From positions 192,001 to 256,000 of the forward strand of contig CAVZJB010000007.1 of the NCBI GenBank assembly GCA_963775425.1: a stretch of 64,000 nucleotides of DNA. Direction: 5' to 3'. The notes beneath the pieces are model-generated. The model ran no database searches, was not told the DNA's origin, and saw only the letters and a list, made by a program, of their open reading frames with translations. This DNA comes from an uncultured delta proteobacterium (GTDB lineage Bacteria; Myxococcota; UBA727; VGSZ01). Below are positions 8,793-18,488 of this stretch, piece after piece. The translations under genes were made by a program, and so were the position numbers. The stretch's first letter is position 1, and every line of letters starts with the position of its first letter.

Positions 8793-10964
8793 GTGGTGCT
8801 CGACATCGTCGTCGCGCTCTCCGCCGTGGCGAGCGGCCCCGGCTTCCCGGCGTTCGACGCCGGCGTCGAGCGCGTGCTCGCCGGCAGCGGACCCGCGTAC
8901 GCCCGCGGCGGGAGCGAGGACGCCGCCGGCGGGGCCTGCGAACAGGCGCGCACGCACGGCGTCTTCTCCGTCGACGGCGGCGCGCTCCGCTTGCAGGCGC
9001 CCGCGGCGTACGGCGAGAGCACGTGGGTGTGCGACGCCCGCGTCGACGACGGCGTCGCGCGCATGAAGATCCACGCGGGCACGCGCACCGACGTCAGCCT
9101 GCTCCTGCGGGCCAAAGCCGCCGCACCCTGCCGGGGCCCCGCGTCGGCGTGCGCTCACCCCGGCGGACCACGAGCCGGCGAGCTCGAAGAGGGCTACGCC
9201 GTCACCGTCGACGACACCCGCGGGCGCGCGCTCCTCAAGCTCTCGCGCTTCGAGCACGGCGTGCCGCGCTTGCTCGGCGCCGAGGCCCGCATCCCCGGCT
9301 TCAGGAGCGGCGCCGACACGGAGCTCGTCGTCGTCGCCGCCGGGCCGTTCCTGTCGGCGACGCTGTACGACGCCGACACGCTCGCGCCCCGCGCGCACGT
9401 CGAGGTGCACGACGGCCGCGCCCGCGCCGGCGGCGTGGGCGTGCGCTTCGGCAAGAGGAGCGACGCCGCCGTGACGCTCTTGTCCGCGGGCCCGGTGCGC
9501 TCGTCGACGACGGCGGCGCGCGACGGGGGCGGACACACCGGGGGTGCCGGGGACGTCGACGAGGACGCCGGCGCCGGTGCCGAGCGCCTGGTGATCTTTC
9601 CGCCCGCACAGCGCCCGCGCGTCCCCCGGGGGCTCCACGCCTATGCGCGCGGCGACGCCGCCGCCGTCTTGACCGACCCCGTCGGCCTCGAGCGCCTCCT
9701 GCGCGCCGGCGTCGTCCCCCTCGAGGTGCACGCGCAGATCCCCTGGATGGACGAGGACGCGGAGCTGCGCGCCCACCTCGGCCAACCGCCGAAGAAGACG
9801 GCGCGCGGCTTCGTCATCGACGAGAGCTACAAGGACGCGGACATGGTCGCGGCGCTCCTGCACGGCTACGCCGAGCGCTACCCCGGGCTCACCCGCCTCG
9901 AGCAGATCGGCACCACCACCGACGGCCGCGCGCTGTGGGCGCTCGCGATCGGCGAGCACATCGACGGCGACGTCGACACCGTCCTCCTCGACGGCGCCCA
10001 CCACGGCGGCGAGCTCATGTCCATCGAGGTCGTGCTCGACGCCGTGCAACAGCTCCTCGAGCACCCCGGCGACTACGACGACGTCCTCGAGCGCGTCACC
10101 GTGTGGTGCGTGCCCCTCGTCAACGTCGACGGCAACATGCGCTACATCCACGACACGCGCGACTACGACCGCAAGAACGGCCGCGACGTCGACGAAAACG
10201 GCAGGGTCGACGGCTGGGACGGCGTGGACCTCTACCGCAACTACCCCGCCGACTGGGGCGGCCTCGGCGAGGTCGGCTCGCGCTCGAACCCGTTTCACTA
10301 CCGCTACCGGGGGCCGGCCGCGGGGAGCGAGCCGGAGCCGCAGGCGATGATGAAGCTGGCGGCGCGCGAGCGCTTCACGGCGTCCATCGACTTCCACACC
10401 AACGCCACGGCCATCCTCGTGCCCTACACCGATCCGGACATGAAGAGCCCGGAGCCGAACGAGGCCTGGGACGTGGCCGAGGAGGTCGCCCGCGGCCTGC
10501 CTGTGCAAATTAACGGTAAGCGCTACACCGTCCGAAGGAACCTCTACGCCGTCGACGGCACCTTCCAGGACTGGCTGCGCGAGACCTTCGGCACCGTCGC
10601 CCTCCTCGTCGAGGGCCCCGAGAACAACCCCCTGCCCTACGCCCGGCACCGCGGCGCCAACGTCGCCGGCACGCGCGGCACCTGGCAGCACCTGCTTTTG
10701 CGCACCGTCCGCGGGCCCGGCGTCGCCGGCCACGTCCGCGGCGACGACGGCGCGCCCCTCGAGGCGCAAGTCTCCGTCGACGAGCAGCAGGCCGCGCGCG
10801 GCGAGCGCTGGACCTCCCGCCCGCGCGACGGCCGCTTCCACCGGTTGCTGCCGGCGGGCACGTACACCCTGCGCGCCCGCGCCGCCGGCTACGCCGACAA
10901 GACCGCGCGGGTCGTCATCAAGCCCGGCAAGACCGCGGTGGTCGAGCTCGTCCTGTCCCGCTGA
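8793..10964 (+). CDS. M14 zinc carboxypeptidase with N-terminal beta-sandwich-like region and C-terminal carboxypeptidase-regulatory-like domain
   Basis: HHGGE (HxxE), PLVNVDG, RKN..GVDLYRNY, SEPE, IDFH and VEG motifs; C-terminal GHV..DGRF..PAGTYTL..GY. Start codon uncertain. Confidence 0.85.
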   Translation: MVLDIVVALSAVASGPGFPAFDAGVERVLAGSGPAYARGGSEDAAGGACEQARTHGVFSVDGGALRLQAPAAYGESTWVCDARVDDGVARMKIHAGTRTDVSLLLRAKAAAPCRGPASACAHPGGPRAGELEEGYAVTVDDTRGRALLKLSRFEHGVPRLLGAEARIPGFRSGADTELVVVAAGPFLSATLYDADTLAPRAHVEVHDGRARAGGVGVRFGKRSDAAVTLLSAGPVRSSTTAARDGGGHTGGAGDVDEDAGAGAERLVIFPPAQRPRVPRGLHAYARGDAAAVLTDPVGLERLLRAGVVPLEVHAQIPWMDEDAELRAHLGQPPKKTARGFVIDESYKDADMVAALLHGYAERYPGLTRLEQIGTTTDGRALWALAIGEHIDGDVDTVLLDGAHHGGELMSIEVVLDAVQQLLEHPGDYDDVLERVTVWCVPLVNVDGNMRYIHDTRDYDRKNGRDVDENGRVDGWDGVDLYRNYPADWGGLGEVGSRSNPFHYRYRGPAAGSEPEPQAMMKLAARERFTASIDFHTNATAILVPYTDPDMKSPEPNEAWDVAEEVARGLPVQINGKRYTVRRNLYAVDGTFQDWLRETFGTVALLVEGPENNPLPYARHRGANVAGTRGTWQHLLLRTVRGPGVAGHVRGDDGAPLEAQVSVDEQQAARGERWTSRPRDGRFHRLLPAGTYTLRARAAGYADKTARVVIKPGKTAVVELVLSR

Positions 10965-11097
10965 GCCTCCCGCAGACCGGGGGCGCCCCGCCCCCGTCCG
11001 CGCTACGCTTCCGCCCGCGCGCTGTGCTACGGAATTGCGACCCAAGGGAGCAGCCGCGCTCCTCTTCGGCACCGGGCGCCCGCGGAGGTCCCGTCGC

Positions 11098-12825
11098 ATG
11101 CTCATCCCCACCCTCGCCATCCTCGGCCGCGCGCTCGTCACGGTCGCCGCCGCCTCCTCCTCCCCCGCGTCGTTGTCGCCGTGCGCCACGGCGCCGCCGG
11201 GGATGACCTGCGTCGCCGGCGGCGCCGTCACCGTCGGCAGCGACGACGCACCCAACGAGAAGCCACAGCGGAGCGTTCAGCTCTCGACGTTCTACGTCGA
11301 CACGCACGAGGCCACGAACGCGGAGTACGCCGCGTGCGCCAAGGTCGGCGCGTGCCCCAAGCGCAACAGGACAGGCGCCGCCGGCGACGCCGCCACCGGG
11401 CTCGACTATCACCGGGCGCTGCGCTTCTGCACCTGGGCGGGCAAGCGCCTGCCGACGGAGTGGGAGTGGGAGAAGGCGGCGCGCACGGTGAAGCTCGACA
11501 CGGCCGGCCGTCGCGAGTGGACGTCGTCGTGGCTCGGCATCACCGGCAAGCGGAAGGCGCCCGTCGACGCTGCCGCCACCGGCGACGCCGACGTCCTCCC
11601 CGCGAAGAAGAGGCCCGCGTACGTCGGCATCCCGCGCACGAGCAAGGATCCGTGTCAGGACTGCGACGGCGTCGATCCGCGCGGTCCGTGTGACGGCGCC
11701 ATGCCCTGCGTCGACGGCGGCGACGCCAAGATCGTGCGCGGCGGCAAGAGCGTGAGCTGGCGCCGCGGTGAGCCGTTGACGGCGGCGACGCCGAAGCTCG
11801 CCGTGCGCTGCGTGTCGTCGTCGCCGGTGCTCACGCGCTTCCCCGCGAAGATAGCGACGGAGAAGCGGGCGACGCCGCCGGCGCCCACGCCGCCCACGGC
11901 GGAGCAGTTGAAGACGTTCGCCGACGTCAAAGAGGACCCCCTCGATACGCAGGTGTGCGCGAAGAAGGGCCGCTCCTTCCTCGATTGCCGCGACCCCAAG
12001 TCGTACATCAAGTCGAACGAGCCGCGGCAGCAGGTGTGGCGGCCGTACATCGAGAACCTCGGCGGCGGCTACACCGGCGTGGGCATCGACCAGAACTACA
12101 CGTTCATCGCGGCCGCGCACTCGCAGTGGGCGTGGCTGTTCGACTACGACCCCACCGTCGTGCGCCTGCACTGGATCCTGCGCGCCGTGATCCTGCACGC
12201 GGACAACCGCGGGAGCTTCGTGGACGCGTTCCGGCCGAAGAACGCCGCCTCCACCCTGGCCGTCCTCGACGAGGAGTACCGGGGCAACGCCGAGCTGCCC
12301 GCGTACCGCGAGATCTACAAGGTGTCCCGCGCCGCGTTGCTCAAGTACTACGCGCGCCAGCTCGTGGGCGAAGGCGGCGACGCCACGTTCGGTTGGCTGT
12401 CCACCGACGACAACTACGGCTACATCCGCACGATGTACCAGCAGGGGCGCATCCGCGCGTTCAAGGGCAACATGCTCGGCGACAACACGATGCAGGGGAT
12501 CGCGGCGGCGGCCAAGAAGATGGGGGTGACCATCCGCGTCTACTATCCCTCGAACGCGCCGGAGTGCTGGCCGTTCACCCGGTCCTACAAGAACAACGTC
12601 ATCGCGTTGCCCTTCGACGACCACAGCGTCGTCCTGCAGACCGTGTCCGGGCTCGCGCCGGGCTACGTCAAAAAGACAGGTCATTGGCACTACAACGTCC
12701 AGTCCGCTTTGCTCCAGCAGGACCTCATGCGCCGCAAGGGGACGGTGTTGGCCAAGCAGCTCATCGAGGTCCGCAACAAGACGCAGGACCCCGATCTCAC
12801 CATCTCGGGCCTCGCGGGCGATTGA
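11098..12825 (+). CDS. Secreted FGE-sulfatase (SUMF1-like) domain protein fused to an uncharacterised Rossmann-like C-terminal domain
   Basis: PPGM..V.GG..GSD, FYVDTHEATNAEY, FCTWAGKRLPTEWEWEKAAR and RGG..RC motifs; second domain with YTGVGIDQNYTF..DYD..YYPSNA. Confidence 0.75.
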   Translation: MLIPTLAILGRALVTVAAASSSPASLSPCATAPPGMTCVAGGAVTVGSDDAPNEKPQRSVQLSTFYVDTHEATNAEYAACAKVGACPKRNRTGAAGDAATGLDYHRALRFCTWAGKRLPTEWEWEKAARTVKLDTAGRREWTSSWLGITGKRKAPVDAAATGDADVLPAKKRPAYVGIPRTSKDPCQDCDGVDPRGPCDGAMPCVDGGDAKIVRGGKSVSWRRGEPLTAATPKLAVRCVSSSPVLTRFPAKIATEKRATPPAPTPPTAEQLKTFADVKEDPLDTQVCAKKGRSFLDCRDPKSYIKSNEPRQQVWRPYIENLGGGYTGVGIDQNYTFIAAAHSQWAWLFDYDPTVVRLHWILRAVILHADNRGSFVDAFRPKNAASTLAVLDEEYRGNAELPAYREIYKVSRAALLKYYARQLVGEGGDATFGWLSTDDNYGYIRTMYQQGRIRAFKGNMLGDNTMQGIAAAAKKMGVTIRVYYPSNAPECWPFTRSYKNNVIALPFDDHSVVLQTVSGLAPGYVKKTGHWHYNVQSALLQQDLMRRKGTVLAKQLIEVRNKTQDPDLTISGLAGD

Positions 12826-12910
12826 GCGACCGTCCTCGTCGAGTGAGCACATTTCCCTACTGCGCGCGAGCGAACGAAGCGCGCCCGCGACGATGTGCGA
12901 TAGTCGACGC

Positions 12911-15190
12911 ATGCGCGAATGCACGGAGTGCGGCGCGACCTACGGCGACGAGGTGCTGTTCTGCAGCATCGACGAGTCGCCGACGACGCCGAAGCTTCAG
13001 CCTCCATCGACGCGACGGAGCGTCGCCAAGGCCGGCGACGTGCTCGGCAACTACCAGCTCAAGGAGCTGCTCGGCGTCGGGGGCATGGGCCTGGTGTTCC
13101 TCGCGGAGCACACGCTGTTGAAGCGCAAGGTGGCGCTGAAGCTCCTGCGCCCCGATCTCGCCTACGACCCGGTCGCCATCCAGCGCTTCTTCGCGGAGGC
13201 GCGCGCGGTGAACCAGATCGCGCACGAGAACATCGTCGAGGTCACCGACTTCGTCGAGGAGGGCGACCACCGCTACTTCGTGATGGAGCTGTTGCAGGGC
13301 CACGTGCTCGCGGAGGCGCTGCGCGACGGCCGCCTGCCCCTGCCACGCGCCGTGCACATCGCCCGGCAGATCGCGGCGGCGCTGGGGGCGACGCACGACG
13401 CCGGCGTCATCCATCGCGACATGAAGCCCGACAACATCTTCCTCATCCGCCGCGGCGCGGACCGGGACTTCGTGAAGGTGCTCGACTTCGGCGTCGCCAA
13501 GGTCTCCGGGCTCGAGCGTGACGCCGTGGAGAAGACGGCGGCCGGCAGCCTGCTGGGGACGCCGGCGTACATGGCGCCGGAGCAGCTCTCGCAAAAGCCC
13601 GTCGACCACCGCGTCGACATCTACGCCCTGGGCGTGTTGATGTTCGAGCTGGTCGTGGGGCGGCGGCCGTTTCAGGGCACGAGCATCGGCGAGATCATCG
13701 TGCAGCAGCTCACGCACCCGGCGCCGCGGCCCTCGGTGGTGATGCAGGGCACCGGCGAAGGCCTCGTGATGCCGGAGGCGCTGGAGGCGTTGATCCTGTC
13801 TTGTCTGGAGAAAGACCCGGACAAACGGCCGCAGACCATGCGCGCCATCGTCGACGCGCTCGGCGGGATCGACAAGGCGGTACGCGAGCTGTCGCGGGCG
13901 GGCGCCGACGACGAGGCCGGCGGCGACGGCGGCACCGGCGACTACGCTCTGCCGTCGTCGGGCGGGTGGATCGTGGTGCCCGCGCAGCGCGACCAGCCCG
14001 TGGAGACCTCGGGCGCGAACACGCCCGCGCCCGGCGCGGCGCCGGCGCCCATCGCGCTGCCGGCGACGACGCCCGCGCAGGCGGAGCCGGAGCAGCTCGA
14101 CGAGGTCGAGGACTTCGAGCCCCTCGACGATCCCGCGGAGCAGGGCGCCGCCGCGTTCTTCCCCGCGGCGCCCGCGACGACGGAGGCCCCGGCCGCAGCG
14201 CCGGCGACGAACGACGCGGCGCCTCCCTCGGGCACGGGGACGAACGACGCAGCGCCGCCCCCGGGCACAGGGGCGGCGACGACGAACGGCCCGGCGCCGC
14301 CCTCGAGCACAGGGACGAACGATGCAGCGCCGCCATCGGGGACGGCGAGCAAGGACGCGCCGGCGACGAACGCGGCGGAGACGAACGCGGCGGAGGCGAC
14401 GGCGGGCGACGACATCGCCGAAAAGACCGCGCCGACGGGCGCGCACGACGTGCTCGGCGACCAGGCCGAGGTGCGCTATCCGATCGCGCGCCCCCCGGCG
14501 TCGCGTCAACCCCGGGCGCGCCGCACGCGATCGCTCGCCATCGCCGCCGGCGTCATCGTCGTCGTCGGCGTCGTGGCCGTCGTCGCCGTCGTCGCGCTCT
14601 CGCCGGCGAGCGGGCCGGACACCTCCGCCGGCGGCGCGCACACCGGTGACGCGGCCGCGCACGCCCGCGACGACGGCGCGGGGGCGCGAGCGGACGAGGG
14701 CGCGGCGCACGCTGCGGCGACGCACGCCGACGAGGGCGCGGCGCGCGCTCCGGCGACGCAGGGCGACGAGGGCGCGGCGCACGCTGCGGCGACGCACGCC
14801 GACGAGGGCGCGGCGCACGCTGCGGCGACGCACGCCGACGAGGGCGCGGCGCACGCCGACGAGGGCGCGGCACACCGCGCGGCCGCGAAGGAGCCGGGCC
14901 GCGCCGCCGCCGCGCCGGAGCGCGTGTCGGTGCGGTTCTCGTCGAAGCCCCCGGGCGCCACCGTCGTCGTCGCCGGGCACACGATTGGAAAGACGCCGCT
15001 GTCGGCGCCGGTGCCGGCCGGCCGCCACACGGTGGCCTTCAAGCTCGCCGGCTACGCGACCCGCATGAGCATGACCACGCTCGCCGAGGGCGCCGCCGTC
15101 GACGCCGTCCTCGTCATGAAGCAGCCGAAGGCGGCGCCGGCCGAGGACCTCAAGAGCGGCGGCCTCATCAACCCCTTCAAGAAGAACTGA
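12911..15190 (+). CDS. Membrane Ser/Thr protein kinase with N-terminal Cys knuckle and C-terminal PEGA domain
   Basis: CTECG..FC; LGVGGMGLV, VALK, HRDMKPDN, DFG and GTPAYMAPE; TM segment; SKPPGATV..GKTPL..GRHTV..GY. Confidence 0.95.
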   Translation: MRECTECGATYGDEVLFCSIDESPTTPKLQPPSTRRSVAKAGDVLGNYQLKELLGVGGMGLVFLAEHTLLKRKVALKLLRPDLAYDPVAIQRFFAEARAVNQIAHENIVEVTDFVEEGDHRYFVMELLQGHVLAEALRDGRLPLPRAVHIARQIAAALGATHDAGVIHRDMKPDNIFLIRRGADRDFVKVLDFGVAKVSGLERDAVEKTAAGSLLGTPAYMAPEQLSQKPVDHRVDIYALGVLMFELVVGRRPFQGTSIGEIIVQQLTHPAPRPSVVMQGTGEGLVMPEALEALILSCLEKDPDKRPQTMRAIVDALGGIDKAVRELSRAGADDEAGGDGGTGDYALPSSGGWIVVPAQRDQPVETSGANTPAPGAAPAPIALPATTPAQAEPEQLDEVEDFEPLDDPAEQGAAAFFPAAPATTEAPAAAPATNDAAPPSGTGTNDAAPPPGTGAATTNGPAPPSSTGTNDAAPPSGTASKDAPATNAAETNAAEATAGDDIAEKTAPTGAHDVLGDQAEVRYPIARPPASRQPRARRTRSLAIAAGVIVVVGVVAVVAVVALSPASGPDTSAGGAHTGDAAAHARDDGAGARADEGAAHAAATHADEGAARAPATQGDEGAAHAAATHADEGAAHAAATHADEGAAHADEGAAHRAAAKEPGRAAAAPERVSVRFSSKPPGATVVVAGHTIGKTPLSAPVPAGRHTVAFKLAGYATRMSMTTLAEGAAVDAVLVMKQPKAAPAEDLKSGGLINPFKKN
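14693..14875 (+). repeat. 36-bp coding tandem repeat (DEGAAHAAATHA, ~4-5 units) in the kinase extracytoplasmic linker
   Basis: GACGAGGGCGCGGCGCACGCTGCGGCGACGCACGCC units visible in the DNA. Confidence 0.85.
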
Positions 15191-15193
15191 CCC

Positions 15194-15718
15194 ATGCGCT
15201 CCCTCGTCGTCATCGTCCTCCTCGCCGGCGCCGCGCGCGCCGGCGACGCCGAGGTCAAGGCGCAGGCGCTCTACAACGACGGCGAGGCCGCCTACGCGGC
15301 CGGCCACTACGACGAGGCCCTCGGCAGGTTCCAGGCCGCCTACGACGCGGCCCCGGTCCCCGCGCTCCTGTTCAACATCGGCCAGTGCCACCGCCAGCTC
15401 AAGCACCACGACAAGGCCGTCGAGTACTTCCAGCGCTACCTCGACGAGGCCGCCGACATCAAGAACCGCGGCGAGATCTCCGAGATGATCGCCGACGAGA
15501 AGGCCCTCGCCGCCGCCGAGAAGCCGCCCCCGCCCCCGCCTGCGCCGCCCGCCGACGAGCCGCCCGCGATCTGGCAGCAGCCGCTGTTCTGGGGCGTCGC
15601 CGGCGGCGCCGCGCTCGCCGTCCTCGCGGGCAGCACCGTCGCCGTCGTCATCGCCACGCAGCCGCCGCCGCCCTCGCCGACGGGATCCCTCGGCACGTTC
15701 GACTTGAGGGCGCGGTGA
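15194..15718 (+). CDS. Secreted TPR protein with C-terminal Trp/Gly hydrophobic tail
   Basis: AQALYNDGEAAYAAGHYDEAL..PALLFNIGQCHRQL..A..YFQRYL; Pro linker; WQQPLFWGVAGG. Confidence 0.85.
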   Translation: MRSLVVIVLLAGAARAGDAEVKAQALYNDGEAAYAAGHYDEALGRFQAAYDAAPVPALLFNIGQCHRQLKHHDKAVEYFQRYLDEAADIKNRGEISEMIADEKALAAAEKPPPPPPAPPADEPPAIWQQPLFWGVAGGAALAVLAGSTVAVVIATQPPPPSPTGSLGTFDLRAR

Positions 15719-17814
15719 CGGCGGTGGCCCGCCGCTCCCTCCCGGCGCCGATCGCCCTCGCGGCGCTCGCCCTCGTGGCCGCGTGCGCGCCGGCGGTCAC
15801 CGGCGTCGAGGTCGAGGTCACCTTCGACCCCTCGCTCGCCGTCGATCAGCTCGTGTTCACGTTGTCCGCGGACGGCGCCGCCGCCGTCGATCCCGTCAAG
15901 GCGCCCGCGGAACCGACGCTCCTCACGAGCGGCGACGAGAGCGCGGGCTTCATCGTCCCCGACGACATGGCCGGCAAGTCCGTCACCGTCTCCGTCGAGG
16001 CCGACGACAACGGCGTCCCCGTCGCGCGCGGCTCCGCCAAGGTGCTCACCAAGGCCGGCGACATCGTCACCGTCGTCGTCGACGCCGCCCGGATCGCCGG
16101 CTGCGGCGACGGCGTCGTCGACGCGCCCGAGGCCTGCGACGACGGCAACACCGGCGCCGACGACGGCTGCGACGGCGCGTGCGAGGTGGAGCTCGGGTGG
16201 GACTGCGCGGGCGAGCCCAGCGTCTGCCAGCGCTGCGGCGACGGCATCACGGAGGGCACCGAGGGCTGCGACGACGCCAACTTCGACGACGGCGACGGCT
16301 GCAGCGCCTGCCACGTCGACGACGGCTTCACCTGCGACACCGGCGCCGTCCCCTCCGTGTGCGCTCCGCCGTGCGGCGACGGCATCATCGGCGGTGCCGA
16401 GACCTGCGACGACGGCGGCAACGACGACGGCGACGGCTGCTCGAGCGCCTGCGCGGTCGAGGCCGGTTGGACGTGTGACGGCGCCGAGCCCACCACGTGC
16501 ACGCCCGTCTGCGGCGACGGCCTCGTCGTCGGCGGCGAGGCCTGCGACGACGGCGGCACCGACGACGGCGACGGCTGCTCGTCCGCCTGCACCGTCGAAG
16601 GCGGCTTCGCCTGCGTCACCGACGATGGCGCCGCGCCGCAGAGCACGTGCGCCCCCGTGTGCGGCGACGGCCTCGTGCGCGGCGGCGAAGAGTGCGACGA
16701 CGGCGCAGACGCGGCCACGGGCAACAGCGACACCCGGCCGAACGCCTGCCGCACCGACTGCACCGGTCCGCGCTGCGGCGACGGCGTCACCGACGACACC
16801 CTCGGCGAGGAGTGCGACGACAACGACGCCAACACCGACAACGCCGACGGCTGCCTCACCGGCTGCCGGCTCCCCTCCTGCGGCGACGGCTTCCTCGAGG
16901 GCGGCGAGGCGTGCGACGACGGAAACGGCGCCGACCTCGACGGCTGCTCGTCGTCGTGCGCCGTCGAGGGCGGCAGCACCTGTGGCGGCGCGCCCAGCTT
17001 CTGCGTCCCCTCGGCGCGCGCGCACAGCGTCGGCGCCGGCGGCGACTTCGCCACCGTCGGCGCGGCCGTCGCCTCCGCGGCGGTGCTGGACGGCGACACG
17101 CTCTTCCTCGCGAGCCAGCGCTTCGACGAGGGCACCGTCGACGTCGCCAGCAAGGACCTCGCCATCGTCGGCGTCCCCGGCACCGTCATCGGCTTCGCCG
17201 GCGGCAACGGCGAGACCATCCGCATCACCAACGGGAGCGACGTGCTCTTGCAGGGGGTCGCCGTCGAGGACGACAGCAACAACCGCTCCGCCATCCGAGT
17301 GGAGGACGCCGGCACCAGCCTGACGATCGTCGGCTGCACCATCGGGCCGTCGAGGAACCTGGGCGTCGACGCGCGCGCGGGAACCAACGTCGTCATTCGG
17401 CGCTCGCTCGTGACGCAAAACAGCGGAGGCGGCATGAGCATTGCTGGCAGCTTCACGGTCGAAAACACCGTGGTGCGCGACAACGGCTCCGCGGGCGTCA
17501 CCCTCGCCGGCGCAGGCACGCTCCGCTTCGACACCGTCACGGCGAACCAGGGCGGCGGCGTGACGTGCGGCGCCGCCACGGAGGTGACGTCCTCCATCGT
17601 CTTCGGAAACGGCGGCGCGCAGGTGTCGAGCGGGTGCGACGCGTCCACGAGCGACACCGGCCAGGAGCCGCTCTTCGAGGCCGACGGCGTGCACGTCGCC
17701 GCGGGCTCGCCCGTCGTCGACGCTGGCGGCGGCGACTGCCCCGCGCTCGACTTCGACGGCGACGCGCGGCCCATCAACGGCGCCTGCGACGCCGGCGCGG
17801 ACGAGCGGCCATGA
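15715..17814 (+). CDS. Lipoprotein with myxobacterial Cys-rich repeats (CGDG..E.CDDGN..DGC, DUF4215-like) and C-terminal right-handed beta-helix
   Basis: GTG overlaps the upstream stop; lipobox LVAAC; seven CGDG repeats; beta-helix-like tail ending SPVVDAG..DFDG..R..DAGADE. Confidence 0.88.
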   Translation: MTAVARRSLPAPIALAALALVAACAPAVTGVEVEVTFDPSLAVDQLVFTLSADGAAAVDPVKAPAEPTLLTSGDESAGFIVPDDMAGKSVTVSVEADDNGVPVARGSAKVLTKAGDIVTVVVDAARIAGCGDGVVDAPEACDDGNTGADDGCDGACEVELGWDCAGEPSVCQRCGDGITEGTEGCDDANFDDGDGCSACHVDDGFTCDTGAVPSVCAPPCGDGIIGGAETCDDGGNDDGDGCSSACAVEAGWTCDGAEPTTCTPVCGDGLVVGGEACDDGGTDDGDGCSSACTVEGGFACVTDDGAAPQSTCAPVCGDGLVRGGEECDDGADAATGNSDTRPNACRTDCTGPRCGDGVTDDTLGEECDDNDANTDNADGCLTGCRLPSCGDGFLEGGEACDDGNGADLDGCSSSCAVEGGSTCGGAPSFCVPSARAHSVGAGGDFATVGAAVASAAVLDGDTLFLASQRFDEGTVDVASKDLAIVGVPGTVIGFAGGNGETIRITNGSDVLLQGVAVEDDSNNRSAIRVEDAGTSLTIVGCTIGPSRNLGVDARAGTNVVIRRSLVTQNSGGGMSIAGSFTVENTVVRDNGSAGVTLAGAGTLRFDTVTANQGGGVTCGAATEVTSSIVFGNGGAQVSSGCDASTSDTGQEPLFEADGVHVAAGSPVVDAGGGDCPALDFDGDARPINGACDAGADERP

Positions 17815-18488
17815 GCGGCTTGCGCGGCGTCCGCAACAACGTCGGTGGTGGCGGCAACGCCGTCGGCGGCCGCGGCATGGGCGACGCCCCGGCGCGCGTG
17901 TCGCTCAAGGACCTGCCGCTCGAGGAGCAGCACGCCTGGGAGATCATCGAGTCGTTGAAGTCGATGAGCGAGACGGAGCTGCGCGACAAGATCGTCGAGG
18001 CGGCGGGGGCCACGGAGCCCGTCGGCGCCGGCGGGCTCAAGGCCATCGCGGAGCTGTACGAGTCGCTCGACATGACGCTGTCGGCGCCGGGCGTGCAGCG
18101 CTTCAAGCAGGACCGCGGCCTGGTGGGCGGGACGTCTTTGAGCGGCGCGGTGGCCAAGGCCTACGCGCGCGCGCTCGACGGTGACGAGGTGATTGTGCGC
18201 GTGAACCGCCGCGAGGAGTCCGCGCTGCGGCCGAGCGAGCGCGCCTGCCTCCAGTTCCTGCGTGAATTCGGCAAGCGCTTCGGCGCCCACGAGCTGACGC
18301 CGGTGAAGCGCGGCCTCGGGCTCGGCAACCCGCCGCTGCCGGAGGCGGCGCAGGAGCTCGCCAACGAATACGTCGGGGTGACCACCGTGCAAGAGATCGC
18401 CAAAGCAACCACCATGCGCGAGATCCCTCTGACGCGCGCCGGCCTGCGCGCGCTCGCCGCCGCGCTGCGCGAGGAGGGCGGCCGATGA
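17811..18488 (+). CDS. Hypothetical protein (Gly/Asn-rich N-terminus, helical core)
   Basis: ATGA overlaps at both ends; typical high-GC3 codon use; fills the operon gap. Confidence 0.7.
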   Translation: MSGLRGVRNNVGGGGNAVGGRGMGDAPARVSLKDLPLEEQHAWEIIESLKSMSETELRDKIVEAAGATEPVGAGGLKAIAELYESLDMTLSAPGVQRFKQDRGLVGGTSLSGAVAKAYARALDGDEVIVRVNRREESALRPSERACLQFLREFGKRFGAHELTPVKRGLGLGNPPLPEAAQELANEYVGVTTVQEIAKATTMREIPLTRAGLRALAAALREEGGR

